A DNA stretch of 64,000 bases. Origin: an uncultured Nitrososphaerales archaeon (GTDB lineage Archaea; Thermoproteota; Nitrososphaeria; Nitrososphaerales; Nitrososphaeraceae). The notes under the pieces are model-generated. The model had not been told where the DNA came from, searched no databases, and saw only the letters and a program-made list of their open reading frames with translations. The stretch lies in NCBI GenBank assembly GCA_963841565.1, contig CAWJCY010000006.1, forward strand, positions 128,001-192,000, in the 5' to 3' direction. Below are positions 40,960 through 51,869 of the stretch, piece by piece. Position 1 is the first letter of the stretch; each line of letters starts with the position of its first letter. The position numbers were made by a program, and so were the translations under genes.

Positions 40960-40978
40960 GTTTGCCTCAACTCAGTGT

Positions 40979-41806
40979 TTAGTTTCTGAGAGGCGATGAC
41001 ATTACTATAGGAATACTACTGTACGAATTACTTGTGTCCGCTTTGGGATTATCAATGCTATCACCTAAACTCGAACGTTCATTTGTTAACATGGGATCTT
41101 GATGGTTATCCTGTTGGCGTAGAGCGTTCTTCGGTAGCACTGGCTCTTCTATATCATGAACCCCATTCGATACTGTTTGGTTATTCATGGATAGTGGTTG
41201 TTGATTGCTTTGCCACGGCCTCTCTAAAGAATTATCGATAGCAATCTTCTCTTCTAGTGGCTGTTCGATAGCTAGAGGCTCATACTGTGGATATTCATCA
41301 ACATATATTTTCCCGACGTCATTGCCTTGAGTATCGTTACTAACACTAGTACCAGTATCGTTCTGACCTACACTTTCAACTCCTTTAGGTGTGATTAAGG
41401 AGCTATTGGTCAGTAACGCTTGAAGCTGCTCTTCATTGATTACCATTTCAGGATTAACTGACAATGGCGGATAACTACTGCTATTTGTAGAACTTGTAGT
41501 ATTTGTAGCATTATTAGTGCGAGTACTGTTTGTAACGTCCCAAACATAAGGTGAAAGTTCTTCGTCCTTCATAACCATCTGACATATTGTCATATTATAT
41601 TGGTAGTTAGGTGAACATACATTCAAGTCTCCTTTTAGTATCCTGAAAAACATTGTATCTGATGATGGTTTATCTCCGCCTCCATGCTCCGTAAAGGCTA
41701 ATACACTGTAATTTGGCATCATCATAATAAGAAAAAATGCAACTGTCGAGGCTGCAATGATGTATTTATTGCTTGCCAGTCTTCCTCCGATCACTAATCC
41801 CTTCAC
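40979..41806 (-). CDS. Secreted low-complexity hypothetical protein
   Basis: Signal-like N-terminus, one Cys pair, Asn/Ser/Thr-rich with several N-x-S/T sequons. Confidence 0.65.
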   Translation of the reverse strand: MKGLVIGGRLASNKYIIAASTVAFFLIMMMPNYSVLAFTEHGGGDKPSSDTMFFRILKGDLNVCSPNYQYNMTICQMVMKDEELSPYVWDVTNSTRTNNATNTTSSTNSSSYPPLSVNPEMVINEEQLQALLTNSSLITPKGVESVGQNDTGTSVSNDTQGNDVGKIYVDEYPQYEPLAIEQPLEEKIAIDNSLERPWQSNQQPLSMNNQTVSNGVHDIEEPVLPKNALRQQDNHQDPMLTNERSSLGDSIDNPKADTSNSYSSIPIVMSSPLRN

Positions 41807-42203
41807 AAATTCGGTTCTTCATTCTGTGCTTAAATGAGCTTGCGAAGTATATCGTATTGTATTATCCAATTGCAATTTGACCCTAATATTTGCTGAGAAT
41901 TATGTCTATTAGCAAACGAAATAAGACGTGATACGTACATTGTTCCATGCTAAAGTCTAAATTAATTGGTATTACTTGCAGGAACGATGGATATTGAAGA
42001 GAATAACTCCAAAGTTCTCCATCTACACACATACTCACAACTAATCAAGCTTGCCCCTAGGCTAGATTTACCACAAAGGCACAGGATAATACTCCCGGGA
42101 TCTTAAAAATCTAACATAATAAAAAAATAAAGCATAGATCAAGTACTCACTTTGATTCACCTTAAATACTCAACAATCACCATGATGTTGACAGAACAAG
42201 AAT

Positions 42204-42500
42204 ATGAAGTATAGATGCAGAACTGACATTATTGGACTTATATTGAACGCGGCCAATGCAATTGGCGGGGAATCCAGATCGCACATTATGTACAAGAGTC
42301 TCGTCAACTATAATCAGCTCAAGGATTACCTTATTTTTCTACAACAGCAAGAATTAATAGAATATGATAGATCTGCCAGAACCTATAGGACAACAGTAAA
42401 GGGACGAGATTTTCTGGAGTTGCAGAGAGACATGGGTGAAATGGCCCGCCTTTATGGCGGAAGCTATGATTTATCCCAGCCTTCCCGGCAACAAGCATAA
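42204..42500 (+). CDS. Winged-helix transcriptional regulator (HTH_45 type)
   Basis: MKYR.RTDII..IL.AA...IMYK...Y.QLKDYL..L...YRTT.KG. Confidence 0.88.
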   Translation: MKYRCRTDIIGLILNAANAIGGESRSHIMYKSLVNYNQLKDYLIFLQQQELIEYDRSARTYRTTVKGRDFLELQRDMGEMARLYGGSYDLSQPSRQQA

Positions 42501-42603
42501 GCATCTGGTCCACTAGAAGCTTACCATTGCATTGGAAGGAGTCTTAACAATCCGGCCGACACAAGAAAAGATAGCAATTATATACTAAATAAGATAGAGT
42601 TTT

Positions 42604-42954
42604 TTGGAAATGGATTTGGGGAGCAGTGACAAAATTGAAGAAATTTCAAAATCAACTGAGGAGAAATGGTCAAAATGGCTTGATTTCAATCGAGAAACTA
42701 TCAGCTCTATTGTACCCGAAGAATCAGGATTGTTCAAAGTTCATGCTAGTATGAAAATATTGTACATAGGAATATCCCAGAACCTCAAAGCAACCTTGTT
42801 AAATTCCATTTTAGATCCTTGCATAGGCAAGGGACAAAGATTCAGTTATATGGTTAATCATGGAACCTTAGAAAATTTGAAAACGGAACTGCTGAAAGAT
42901 TATACCCTTAGGCATAACGGGTCGCTGCCAGCTTGCATGGAAAGTGTGATGTAA
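42604..42954 (+). CDS. GIY-YIG-like small protein
   Basis: VPEESGLFKV...KILYIG.S.NLK..L; degenerate GIY and YIG motifs. Confidence 0.6.
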   Translation: MEMDLGSSDKIEEISKSTEEKWSKWLDFNRETISSIVPEESGLFKVHASMKILYIGISQNLKATLLNSILDPCIGKGQRFSYMVNHGTLENLKTELLKDYTLRHNGSLPACMESVM

Positions 42955-43185
42955 TGAATAAGTCGCAATATGTAACAACTTAAGTGACATTTTTTTTGGG
43001 TTCTAGGCAGATAGCCTTCTCTTAGGATCATAGATTTATGCTACCTGTAGATTATGATATAACCAATGCAGATTATGACTGCGGAGTTCAAAAAGTTCGT
43101 TAATGAATAATAAATTCATAAAGTGTAATTCAGAAATAGATGGGTAGCTAATTTTTTTCAACAATACATTTGAGGAAAATATGAT

Positions 43186-44232
43186 TTGACAAGCTACTCA
43201 GAATGTTTTGCAAGGACACAAGAACCTATTCATAGGAGAATTTGGGTGAGTATCCTATTGAGGATCAAACGGACTGTTTACATAATGAGGAAAATCCCTG
43301 AACCCGGTCCTAGCATGTTAGCAAGGAAATACTCTGTTACGATGAATAGAAGTTCGTTCTCACCTTCTAGAAAGGAAATCTTGAGAAATGTTGTGGGTAA
43401 AGATGCGCTACTTTGCAGCCTGAATGAGCATATCGACAGGGAGGTTATGAAGAATGCAGGACCTAAGCTTAAAGTCATTAGTACTTTAAGCACTGGACAC
43501 GACCATATTGATATAGTAGAAGCAAAAAAAAGGGGGATTTCTGTTACTTTCACTGGGCAAGTTCTTTCTGAAGCAACTGCCGATTTGACCTTCGCCTTAA
43601 TTCTTGCTATATCCAGAAAAATTGTACTTGCAGACAATTACATAAGACAGAAAAAGTGGAAAGTAGGATGGTCACCTGAACTTTTTCTAGGGTCAAATGT
43701 TTACGGCAAGACACTGGGGCTAATTGGTGCAGGGCGAATAGGTAGAGCGGTAGCCCGAAGAGCGAAAGGATTTGGCATGAATATCCTTTACCACAACCGC
43801 TGCCGGTTAGGAAAAATACTCGAATCTGAAATGGGTGCCAGATATGTAGATATGGATACAATCCTAAGAGAAAGTGATTTTCTTTCCATACATGCTAATT
43901 TAAACACTGAAAGCAGTAAAATGATTAACGAGTCAAAACTAATGCAAATGAAAAATACGGCCTACTTAATCAACACTTCTCGTGGTCAAGTAATTGATGA
44001 AAGGAGTCTTATCAAAGCACTAAAGAACAAGTGGATTGCTGGGGCCGCACTAGACGTTTTTGAATTCGAGCCATTAAAAGCTAATAGTCCGCTAATCAGA
44101 ATGGAGAATGTAGTGCTCTTGCCGCACATCGGAAGTGCGACATATCAGGTTCGCTCGAAAATGTCAGAAATTGCTGCTCAGAATATTATAGAAATTTTAG
44201 GGGGAAGAAAAACACCCTATATGGTCAACTAG
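43186..44232 (+). CDS. D-2-hydroxyacid dehydrogenase (glyoxylate reductase-like)
   Basis: G.DHID, GAGRIG, INTSRG, ALDVFE.EP, LPHIGSAT; true start probably a little downstream. Confidence 0.92.
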   Translation: MTSYSECFARTQEPIHRRIWVSILLRIKRTVYIMRKIPEPGPSMLARKYSVTMNRSSFSPSRKEILRNVVGKDALLCSLNEHIDREVMKNAGPKLKVISTLSTGHDHIDIVEAKKRGISVTFTGQVLSEATADLTFALILAISRKIVLADNYIRQKKWKVGWSPELFLGSNVYGKTLGLIGAGRIGRAVARRAKGFGMNILYHNRCRLGKILESEMGARYVDMDTILRESDFLSIHANLNTESSKMINESKLMQMKNTAYLINTSRGQVIDERSLIKALKNKWIAGAALDVFEFEPLKANSPLIRMENVVLLPHIGSATYQVRSKMSEIAAQNIIEILGGRKTPYMVN

Positions 44233-44562
44233 GCCAATCCTCTGGAGTCTGGCCTAACAATTCAAGGATTCCTTGGTTTAACTCCGTCAGTGACCTGGGT
44301 TATGCAACATATATTCAGTGTACTTCACAGCGCTAACGCTTATGCCTATAATTTTGTCATTGTGGCTGAACATATCATCAACTTTTGGAAGTCCAACTCG
44401 TCGGTTTACCATCATTACAACAGGTTCAGTACGTCCCTAAGTTATCCGTCAAACTGCGTAGCTACATGTAATTTCTCAGTACCATTAGCAGGAATCTTTC
44501 TAATGTAAATTTCTTACTCAAGCTAAATATACTAACATATATGGTTTTGATTATAATTCATC

Positions 44563-44733
44563 ATGATAAACTCAGCTGAAAGTGAACCAGAGTCATTAAT
44601 TGAAACTCCTGAAGAAAGAAGGGAACGATTCTTGCTCGAATTTGAAAAGCCATTCAAATGTGAAAAGTGTAATGAAAGATTTAAGAAAAAAAAGTATTTA
44701 AGAGAACACAAAGCCGAAATTCATTCATACTAA
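44563..44733 (+). CDS. C2H2 zinc-finger microprotein (56 aa, not in ORF track)
   Basis: Manual translation: MINSAESEPESLIETPEERRERFLLEFEKPFKCEKCNERFKKKKYLREHKAEIHSY*. Confidence 0.85.
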   Translation: MINSAESEPESLIETPEERRERFLLEFEKPFKCEKCNERFKKKKYLREHKAEIHSY

Positions 44734-44888
44734 GTGGCTATTGCGGCACCAGCCTTTTCGTAGTTTGCGTTTACCGATTTCTGCAAAAATTACCTCATTT
44801 ACGATCAGACAGAAGCGGCATTTTCACTGAGGACTAACATTGACATAAAAAATTAAATTAAATCTTGAGTGAACTACTATCATAGCTT

Positions 44889-45464
44889 ATGAAAATTTAT
44901 ACTAAAACTGGAGATCTAGGAGAGACAGGACTTATAGGCGGGAGGAGAATATCAAAGCATCATGAAAGAATAATTGCTTATGGATCAGTCGATGAATTAA
45001 ACTCAAGTGTTGGTTTAATCTTGGCAACTTTGCAATCTTCTCAACATGTCAACAGTTTCTCAGATTTTGTTAAGATTCTGTTGACGATTCAGAACGATCT
45101 GTTCATCCTTGGTGCAGATTTAGCCGATGATAGCCCGATTACCGATAACCGTTATGGAAGCCCCCGAGTAAATGAAGAAATGATAACCAAGGTTGAGAAT
45201 ACTATAGACACTTTTGAGCAGGAACTTGCACCAATTTCTTTCTTTATACTACCAGGCGGCAGTCTTGAATCCGGTCACATGCACCTGAGTCGAAGCATTG
45301 CCAGAAGATCAGAGATCTCAGTTGTAACCCTATCAAAAGCTGAGTCAATCAATCCTCTCGCGATAATTTATCTAAATAGACTTTCTGATCTATTTTTCGT
45401 TATGGCTAGAACAGCCAATAAGCGGCTTGGCATTCCAGATAGTGCATGGATGAAGAGACATTAG
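44889..45464 (+). CDS. pduO: ATP:cob(I)alamin adenosyltransferase, PduO type
   Basis: KIYTKTGD.GET, AYGSVDELNS, FILPGG, R..ARR.E, YLNRLSDL.F. Confidence 0.95.
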   Translation: MKIYTKTGDLGETGLIGGRRISKHHERIIAYGSVDELNSSVGLILATLQSSQHVNSFSDFVKILLTIQNDLFILGADLADDSPITDNRYGSPRVNEEMITKVENTIDTFEQELAPISFFILPGGSLESGHMHLSRSIARRSEISVVTLSKAESINPLAIIYLNRLSDLFFVMARTANKRLGIPDSAWMKRH

Positions 45465-45858
45465 CTTTCGTCCTCTTCACCTTTGGCTCAATAGTCTGGC
45501 TTCAAAAAGATCATGGATTTTAGGTTGTGTTCTTAAGTTTAACTATACGTTTCAATACAATTAAAGTCCATTTAAATTGGTAAACTAAAACTAGATAAAA
45601 GGAATAGGCATGCCATATCTTTCTTAGTTAGTATAGTACAAAAAATATTAGTCTTGTATTCAACATAGTAACAGGGTAAAAATTCACATACTCTTGGAAA
45701 AGCCAAATGACAAATTTGTCCAAGTATAAAGCTCGGTTTTGAGTATGAGCTACGATGCCAGATGTTGAAATCAAAATTGATGGATTGCTAATTTTTGAAA
45801 TTTAGTCTGTTACATTCATGAGCGAAATCTTTTATTAGGCAATTGTAGGACAACATCG

Positions 45859-46428
45859 ATGGTGTTATTACCCGTTAACTATCAATTGTTGGCAAATTTC
45901 TTTAATTTTGTGATGGAATTGAAATCAATAAAGAGATCAGGATGGATCAGCAAGGTAAAAGTTAAGAATCCTGAATCTGTGGCAGATCACACGTATGCAA
46001 TGAGTACTATGGTCATGGTATTCTCTGACATATTAGGTATGCAGACAGAGAGAGCCCTGAAGATGGCAATCTTGCACGATCTGGGGGAATCAATCATTGG
46101 AGACTATGAACCAAACGAAATCTCTAGTAATGAAAAGAGAATCAAAGAAACTGAGGCAATCGATCGTATTCTAAATCACTTGCCTGCGGAAATACGTAAG
46201 GAATATGCAGATATTTGGAAAGAGTATCTTGAAAATAAGACTGATACGTCACAGCTTGTTCATGGAGTAGATAGATTCGAATTGGCTTTTCAAGCTAAGA
46301 CATATGAAAGTCAAGGATATCCGTCCAGTATACTTCAACAGTTCTTTACTTATACAATGGATGGTGAAGATGGTAACGATGTACTACTGCTTCTAAAACG
46401 TACTAAAGACGCTTCTTTTTCTGAGTGA
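45859..46428 (+). CDS. HD-domain 5'-deoxynucleotidase-like hydrolase (HDDC2/YfbR family)
   Basis: LK..KRSGW, ESVADH, ILHDLGES..GD. Confidence 0.9.
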   Translation: MVLLPVNYQLLANFFNFVMELKSIKRSGWISKVKVKNPESVADHTYAMSTMVMVFSDILGMQTERALKMAILHDLGESIIGDYEPNEISSNEKRIKETEAIDRILNHLPAEIRKEYADIWKEYLENKTDTSQLVHGVDRFELAFQAKTYESQGYPSSILQQFFTYTMDGEDGNDVLLLLKRTKDASFSE

Positions 46429-46647
46429 ATGTTTGTGAAATAGATCAGCTCATCTGGGACCATAAATAAATTATATTCAAACTTGTCTTATTAAATCTAC
46501 GATAATTCACGCGCTCTCAATATCGATTTTAAATTGCAATTAAATAATTACCAGTTCATAAAAGCAAATTCAACACAAGTATTGCAATGGTATTTGATAG
46601 CGACTAATGAAAACTTAAAATGAACAAGTAGATCTAAGTACAAACAA

Positions 46648-47928
46648 GTGGATAAAAAAATAGACCATGCCCAGGAAGTGGAAGTTAGGGGCCATCTAAT
46701 TGATTCGATGATCTTAGGCAGAATTCTAGATACCATAATGGATCTCAAGGGGGACTTTCAGATTCTAGAATTTCGTGTCGGCAAGAAAAAAGGAGAAGAG
46801 AGTACTTCGCGTCTTCTTATAATAGGGAAAGACAGGGACCATTTAGATATTTTACTGGAATCGGTGTACCGCGAAGGAGCACAACCGCTCTATGTAGATG
46901 AAGTTGTATTAGAAGCAGCCAGAAAGGACATGGTATTGCCTAATTCTTTCTATAGCACTACTAATAATCCAACTCAAATTTACTTTAGAAGCGCTTGGAT
47001 AAATGTAAAGAATATGATGATGGACAAATGCATCACATTGGACATTGAAAACAAGACAGCTCAATGTAAGATGATACGTGAGATACGAAAAGGAGACATG
47101 ATTGTCACAGGAGAGCAAGGAATTCGAATCATTCCTCAGGAACGTCCAAGAGAGGGAGTGGATATATTTCAGTTCATGAGTAGCTCGAGTTCGAGTGAAA
47201 GACCAACTCAACAAATCGCTCGAAAAGTAGCTTATGACATTTACAATACTAAAGAAAGATCTCATGGAAAAATAGTTGTAGTATCAGGACCAGTTATAGT
47301 TCATTCTGGTGCCTCGGGTGCCTTAGCACAGTTGATACGAATGGGATATGTCGATGGACTCCTTGCTGGTAATGCATTAGCAGTTCATGATGTCGAAAAC
47401 GCAATCATGGGTACCTCTCTTGGCATGCACGTAAGAGATGGAACTCTAGCAGTAAGAGGGCATAGAAATCATATGCAAGCTATAAACGAAGTTTTCAAAG
47501 CAGGATCATTAAAAAAAATGGTGACAAAAGGTGCTCTACGTAGCGGGATAATGTATGAATGCGTTTCAAAGAAAGTGCCGTACGTTTTGGCTGGTTCCAT
47601 TAGAGATGATGGTCCCATTCCTGATGTCGTGACTGATGTAGTCCAAGCTCAAAGTAGGTATAAAAAATTACTGGATAATGCTCGGATGGTCTTGATGTTT
47701 TCGACTATGCTTCATTCCATTGCAGTAGGCAATATGCTACCGTCATCAGTAAAGGTAGTTGCAGTAGATATCAGCCAACCCGTGGTAACAAAATTATTAG
47801 ACAGAGGCACAACTCAAGCAATCGGGGTGGTGACGGACGTAGGAACATTCCTGCCTATGGTAGTGGATCATCTGACACAGATCAGAACATCGAGCAGAGA
47901 CAAGCGGTCACAGTTTTTGCGCAATTGA
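46648..47928 (+). CDS. TIGR00300-family protein (LOR/SDH conserved domain; ornithine cyclodeaminase-like)
   Basis: GHLIDS, FYSTTN, F.FM.S..SSE, GNALAVHD, LAGSIRDDGP, MLHSIAVGN, KL.DRG. Confidence 0.88.
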   Translation: MDKKIDHAQEVEVRGHLIDSMILGRILDTIMDLKGDFQILEFRVGKKKGEESTSRLLIIGKDRDHLDILLESVYREGAQPLYVDEVVLEAARKDMVLPNSFYSTTNNPTQIYFRSAWINVKNMMMDKCITLDIENKTAQCKMIREIRKGDMIVTGEQGIRIIPQERPREGVDIFQFMSSSSSSERPTQQIARKVAYDIYNTKERSHGKIVVVSGPVIVHSGASGALAQLIRMGYVDGLLAGNALAVHDVENAIMGTSLGMHVRDGTLAVRGHRNHMQAINEVFKAGSLKKMVTKGALRSGIMYECVSKKVPYVLAGSIRDDGPIPDVVTDVVQAQSRYKKLLDNARMVLMFSTMLHSIAVGNMLPSSVKVVAVDISQPVVTKLLDRGTTQAIGVVTDVGTFLPMVVDHLTQIRTSSRDKRSQFLRN

Positions 47929-48305
47929 CAGTTATTGGGTCGTTGAACTAGAATGACTAAGAGAAAAAATGATACAGTGGCTTACAAGTAATATTGTGCA
48001 ATGGACGCCGGGAAAAATCTTTAGTTGACTACGATGTATCCATCTGCAGAATAGATGCTTGACAATTAGTAGTTGTCGACTTTACCACGTATCTATCCCA
48101 ACTAGTTTTCTCACTAAATTCTACTAGCTCAGGAATAGTGATAAAATTACCCGTACATAGTAACGTTAAATATGGTCATGACATATTTAAGTAATGTGCA
48201 ACACTTATTCCTGTTAGAATTGTATTCATTAAGGAAAATAACCTCAACTATACAACTATCCATTCAAAGTGGGGAGAACTTATAGCAATAGGAGATTCAA
48301 ATGGC

Positions 48306-49340
48306 ATGGATGCAAGTAAAAGGAAGAGCATGAATTTAGATCTCAAACAGAGTATACAAGACGATACCAGTACGCGTTTCAGGAAGTCCCTGTACGAAGA
48401 ATTGTTGTACTATTTCAATAACTTGAAAATATCATCGGATGATCCATTGTATTCTACCTCAATGTCATATGTAGAGAAGGTATCTGTACGGGAGCTTCAA
48501 ATTCAGCCTAGTTTTTTGGAGGCAGTAAGAGTAATTGTTCACGCTGCAAGAGCAACTGGATATTATTTTAGTCCTTCTGAATTATCGGACATACTTACTA
48601 TCTCTGTGGGAGAAATAAGGAAGGGTCGGACTACAGATGAAAAGAACCTTCAAACATTTGATCAAGTCGTATTTAACATCTACAAGGATCTTAATGAAAA
48701 CTTTCAAAATTTCAGCGACTCCTTAAAGGCATGCTACCCGGAAATACTTGTGAATGTGATTTCCGTAATCCACAGTGGAAAAGATGCTTCGGGAGTACGC
48801 ATTGATTCGTATAATGCTGAAGCATATTATCGAACTAAGAAAGCTCAACAACACTTAGCACAATCCTTGAATTTGGATTTCTCTAAGGAGGCTCTACCTA
48901 ATCAGATACGTAAACCAGTCACTGAAAGAGTGATATCGGACAAAGGGCTAGTTGATAGTTTAGCCCAGATAACAGGAAGAACCACAGATTCAGTCCATGA
49001 CGCTCTTAAGGGATTGTCGGAGTACGACTTGAATAGCATCAAGGACCTAAGTAGCAATTACACCAAGCTAGAAAAGTACTATAACATTGCTGGAGACGAA
49101 AAGGAATTCAAGGAAAGAGCGGAAAAAGAATTGGGGAGGAAGTTATTGGATAGTCAGGTTCAGCATGCGATCCTGTCGGTGAGAAGATCAAAAATATACA
49201 TTGAGAACATTCTTGACGATAAATTCGTTCCTGATAAGTCTCATGGGATAAATCATGTTAAGCATAACCTTGAGTATGGATATCAACTGATAGGGATCAT
49301 CCAAAGTAAAAGAAAGAGGAAAAACCGGAGGGCAGATTAG
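48306..49340 (+). CDS. Hypothetical protein with TFB cyclin/HTH-like segment and HD-like C-terminal motif
   Basis: 344-aa ORF with ggag upstream; see findings. Confidence 0.7.
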   Translation: MDASKRKSMNLDLKQSIQDDTSTRFRKSLYEELLYYFNNLKISSDDPLYSTSMSYVEKVSVRELQIQPSFLEAVRVIVHAARATGYYFSPSELSDILTISVGEIRKGRTTDEKNLQTFDQVVFNIYKDLNENFQNFSDSLKACYPEILVNVISVIHSGKDASGVRIDSYNAEAYYRTKKAQQHLAQSLNLDFSKEALPNQIRKPVTERVISDKGLVDSLAQITGRTTDSVHDALKGLSEYDLNSIKDLSSNYTKLEKYYNIAGDEKEFKERAEKELGRKLLDSQVQHAILSVRRSKIYIENILDDKFVPDKSHGINHVKHNLEYGYQLIGIIQSKRKRKNRRAD

Positions 49341-49654
49341 TCTTCTGTTCTTATCCTGGGACAATCAAGATAGATGAGAAATTTAGTGGCCTAATTCAAT
49401 CACAAGTTATTTGCGGCAATCGTAGCCAATTCAATTTGGAAATTGTAGATGGAACTTGCTTGAGCAGGACTAATTATAGTGTACGTTGATCGTGAATCGG
49501 ACAAGGCACTGGATTTGATGAGACACGGACACAAGAATAATTCTAAACAAGAATATTTTACAATGTAAGGAATAATAGGCTCGCAATTTATTATCAGACA
49601 TACTATGAATTGTTACTATTACAAGTGCTTAGTTCGAGTATGAACTTGTAACAT

Positions 49655-49978
49655 TTAAACCGGGAGTGACAATCGCCCTACGTACTCTTCAATTGCATTT
49701 TCTGACTTTATTTTAGATACTATACTGTTCTTTTCTTCTTCACTAAACCAATTTGCGAGACTCTTTGCGATTCCATTTTTGTCGCATATTACAATCATGT
49801 ATCCATTTGGTTCCTTTACAACTCCGTAAAGATTCTCTTCGCCTACTGGCTCCCATTGGTCGGCTTTGTTATCCTTTAGCGCTAAGGCAGGCATAGCATT
49901 TCCCGCATAAATCTTCAAGAAATCCTGGGCTGATTTGACCCTCTTTTCACCCATTTTAAGGGCGGTGAAATACTGCAT
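49655..49978 (-). CDS. Hypothetical protein
   Basis: 107-aa ATG ORF with TTTTTAAG about 25 nt upstream (leaderless-type promoter). Confidence 0.75.
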   Translation of the reverse strand: MQYFTALKMGEKRVKSAQDFLKIYAGNAMPALALKDNKADQWEPVGEENLYGVVKEPNGYMIVICDKNGIAKSLANWFSEEEKNSIVSKIKSENAIEEYVGRLSLPV

Positions 49979-50675
49979 ATTTTAGTTCAATTTTGTTTCT
50001 CTTAAAAAGGTTTATGGTCACCGAGGTATGACCCCATGGATATGGGGAATCTAAGCACAGGCAGGAGCTCTAGAGTTTTCTTGAAATTTTCTCAGTTAAT
50101 TATGAAAATTGAAAAATTATTACCAATCAACTATTTTATGTTATCCGGTTCGAATAAGCGTTGCAGTTATCAGTTTGATATTTTAATTCATAACTTGCAA
50201 TGATACTATTCGGCTGAAATATTCACTTGCGACCCTTAAAGAGCATGATTCTTTTTGTGACATAATCTAGCAGTTGCAAAGTGCCTTACGATATCTTCTA
50301 CCAATACTGCAAGGTTCAAGGGGTCATGTCAACAGCATTATATTCCCTTTTTTGATATGTGCAATTGGTTGGCCTCAAGGTGCAGATCCATAATTAGTAA
50401 AAAATTAGAACTCCATGATCTTATTGATACCATCCCCCTAGAGGATTCAATCCCGCTTTTTCTTCTCTACTGAACGCGGTCGTGCAATTTCAACGTACCT
50501 AATCATATAAACCAAAGGGAACGGCACGATCTTCATGAAAAGCAGACATCCTCTCATACCATCTTGCAAAATACGTATTGGTCAGCGAGTTAATTGTCAT
50601 CATAAAAAGTTCATGAAAGGAAAAACATTCATCTGGTTCATTTAAGCTATCGCGTCCACTACGATCTATCATGGG

Positions 50676-51869
50676 TTATTGGGATCTAGATTTTATCCAT
50701 TGCCCTACTTTAGGCAAAACGTTATTTTGAGAATAACTGCTCGCAATAAGCCCTACATGACCAGTATGGAATCTCATCAAACGTTTATCTTTACTCGATA
50801 CCAAGTCATTCAACGCAGAGCTGGATGCCGGCGCAACTAAGTGATCCTCTTCAGCGACTATATTTAGTAGCGGAACTGTGATCTTAGAAAGATCTATAAT
50901 GTTATGATCATCTGCTGCGTGATTGTTCCTGCCTGAAATTTCTTTTATTCGCATTTCGTTTTTTGCAAGCAAGTTGTTTTGGTATATGTCCTTTATCCAC
51001 TGTCTAAATGTTTCACCTGCAATAGGGGGGGTGTCATAAAGCCATTTCTCGACTCCTAGAAAGTTCTCTACGAACTTTTTATTGTCAATATTTTGCACTA
51101 GGTTGATGTATTTGTTTACCCCCTGCTTAAAGGGTTTAAGAATCGAATAACAAGTGTAAAGTTGTTCAGAAGTAAAATTCCCTAAAGTATCTACAAGTTT
51201 ATCGACATCAATATTCTTGGCAAAATTTGCCAGGACTGTTGAGTCTTGATCGGCATCTATTATGGGGGCAATAGTCACTAGATTTCTAACTTTCTCCTGG
51301 TGTGTTGCTGCATACATTACTGACATCGTTGCACCAAGACAATAACCATGCAAAGTAACTTTTTCCACGTTTGTTTTTTTCTTTACAATTTCAACACAAT
51401 GGTCCAAGTAGTAATTCACATAATCATCAAAAGAAATGTATTTATCTATAGATGATGGAGCGTTCCAATTAATCAGATACACGTCAAACCCTTGGCGAAG
51501 AAGATTTTGGATCCAACTTTTTCCAGGCTGGAGATCAAGAATGTACGATTTATTCATTAGGGCGTATACGACTAATATTGGAGTCGAAAAGGTCTTATTT
51601 GTCATAGGCCTAAAATGTAATAGAGTGTAGTTTCTCGTTTCATGGAGTATCTCACTGGGTGTGGTCCCTACTTTGATTGTCTTACCAGCCAGGTGGAGCG
51701 TTTTTCGACATGTTTCCAAACGCTTTGAATAGTCTACTAGTTCCTGGGCGAAATCTAGAGACGAATCCGGTTCGGTAGTGAGTTGACCTCCATTAGATCT
51801 TGGCACTTTTAACGTCTCGTCACTGGGTTGAACTCTCTGTTCAGTGGTAGTTTCTTCCTGTTTGGTCAC
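50676..51869 (-). CDS. phaC: Class III polyhydroxyalkanoate synthase PhaC
   Basis: VG.TP, PILVVYALMNKSYILDLQP, lipase box GYCLG, catalytic D (EEDHLV) and H (TGHVG). Confidence 0.92.
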   Translation of the reverse strand: MTKQEETTTEQRVQPSDETLKVPRSNGGQLTTEPDSSLDFAQELVDYSKRLETCRKTLHLAGKTIKVGTTPSEILHETRNYTLLHFRPMTNKTFSTPILVVYALMNKSYILDLQPGKSWIQNLLRQGFDVYLINWNAPSSIDKYISFDDYVNYYLDHCVEIVKKKTNVEKVTLHGYCLGATMSVMYAATHQEKVRNLVTIAPIIDADQDSTVLANFAKNIDVDKLVDTLGNFTSEQLYTCYSILKPFKQGVNKYINLVQNIDNKKFVENFLGVEKWLYDTPPIAGETFRQWIKDIYQNNLLAKNEMRIKEISGRNNHAADDHNIIDLSKITVPLLNIVAEEDHLVAPASSSALNDLVSSKDKRLMRFHTGHVGLIASSYSQNNVLPKVGQWIKSRSQ

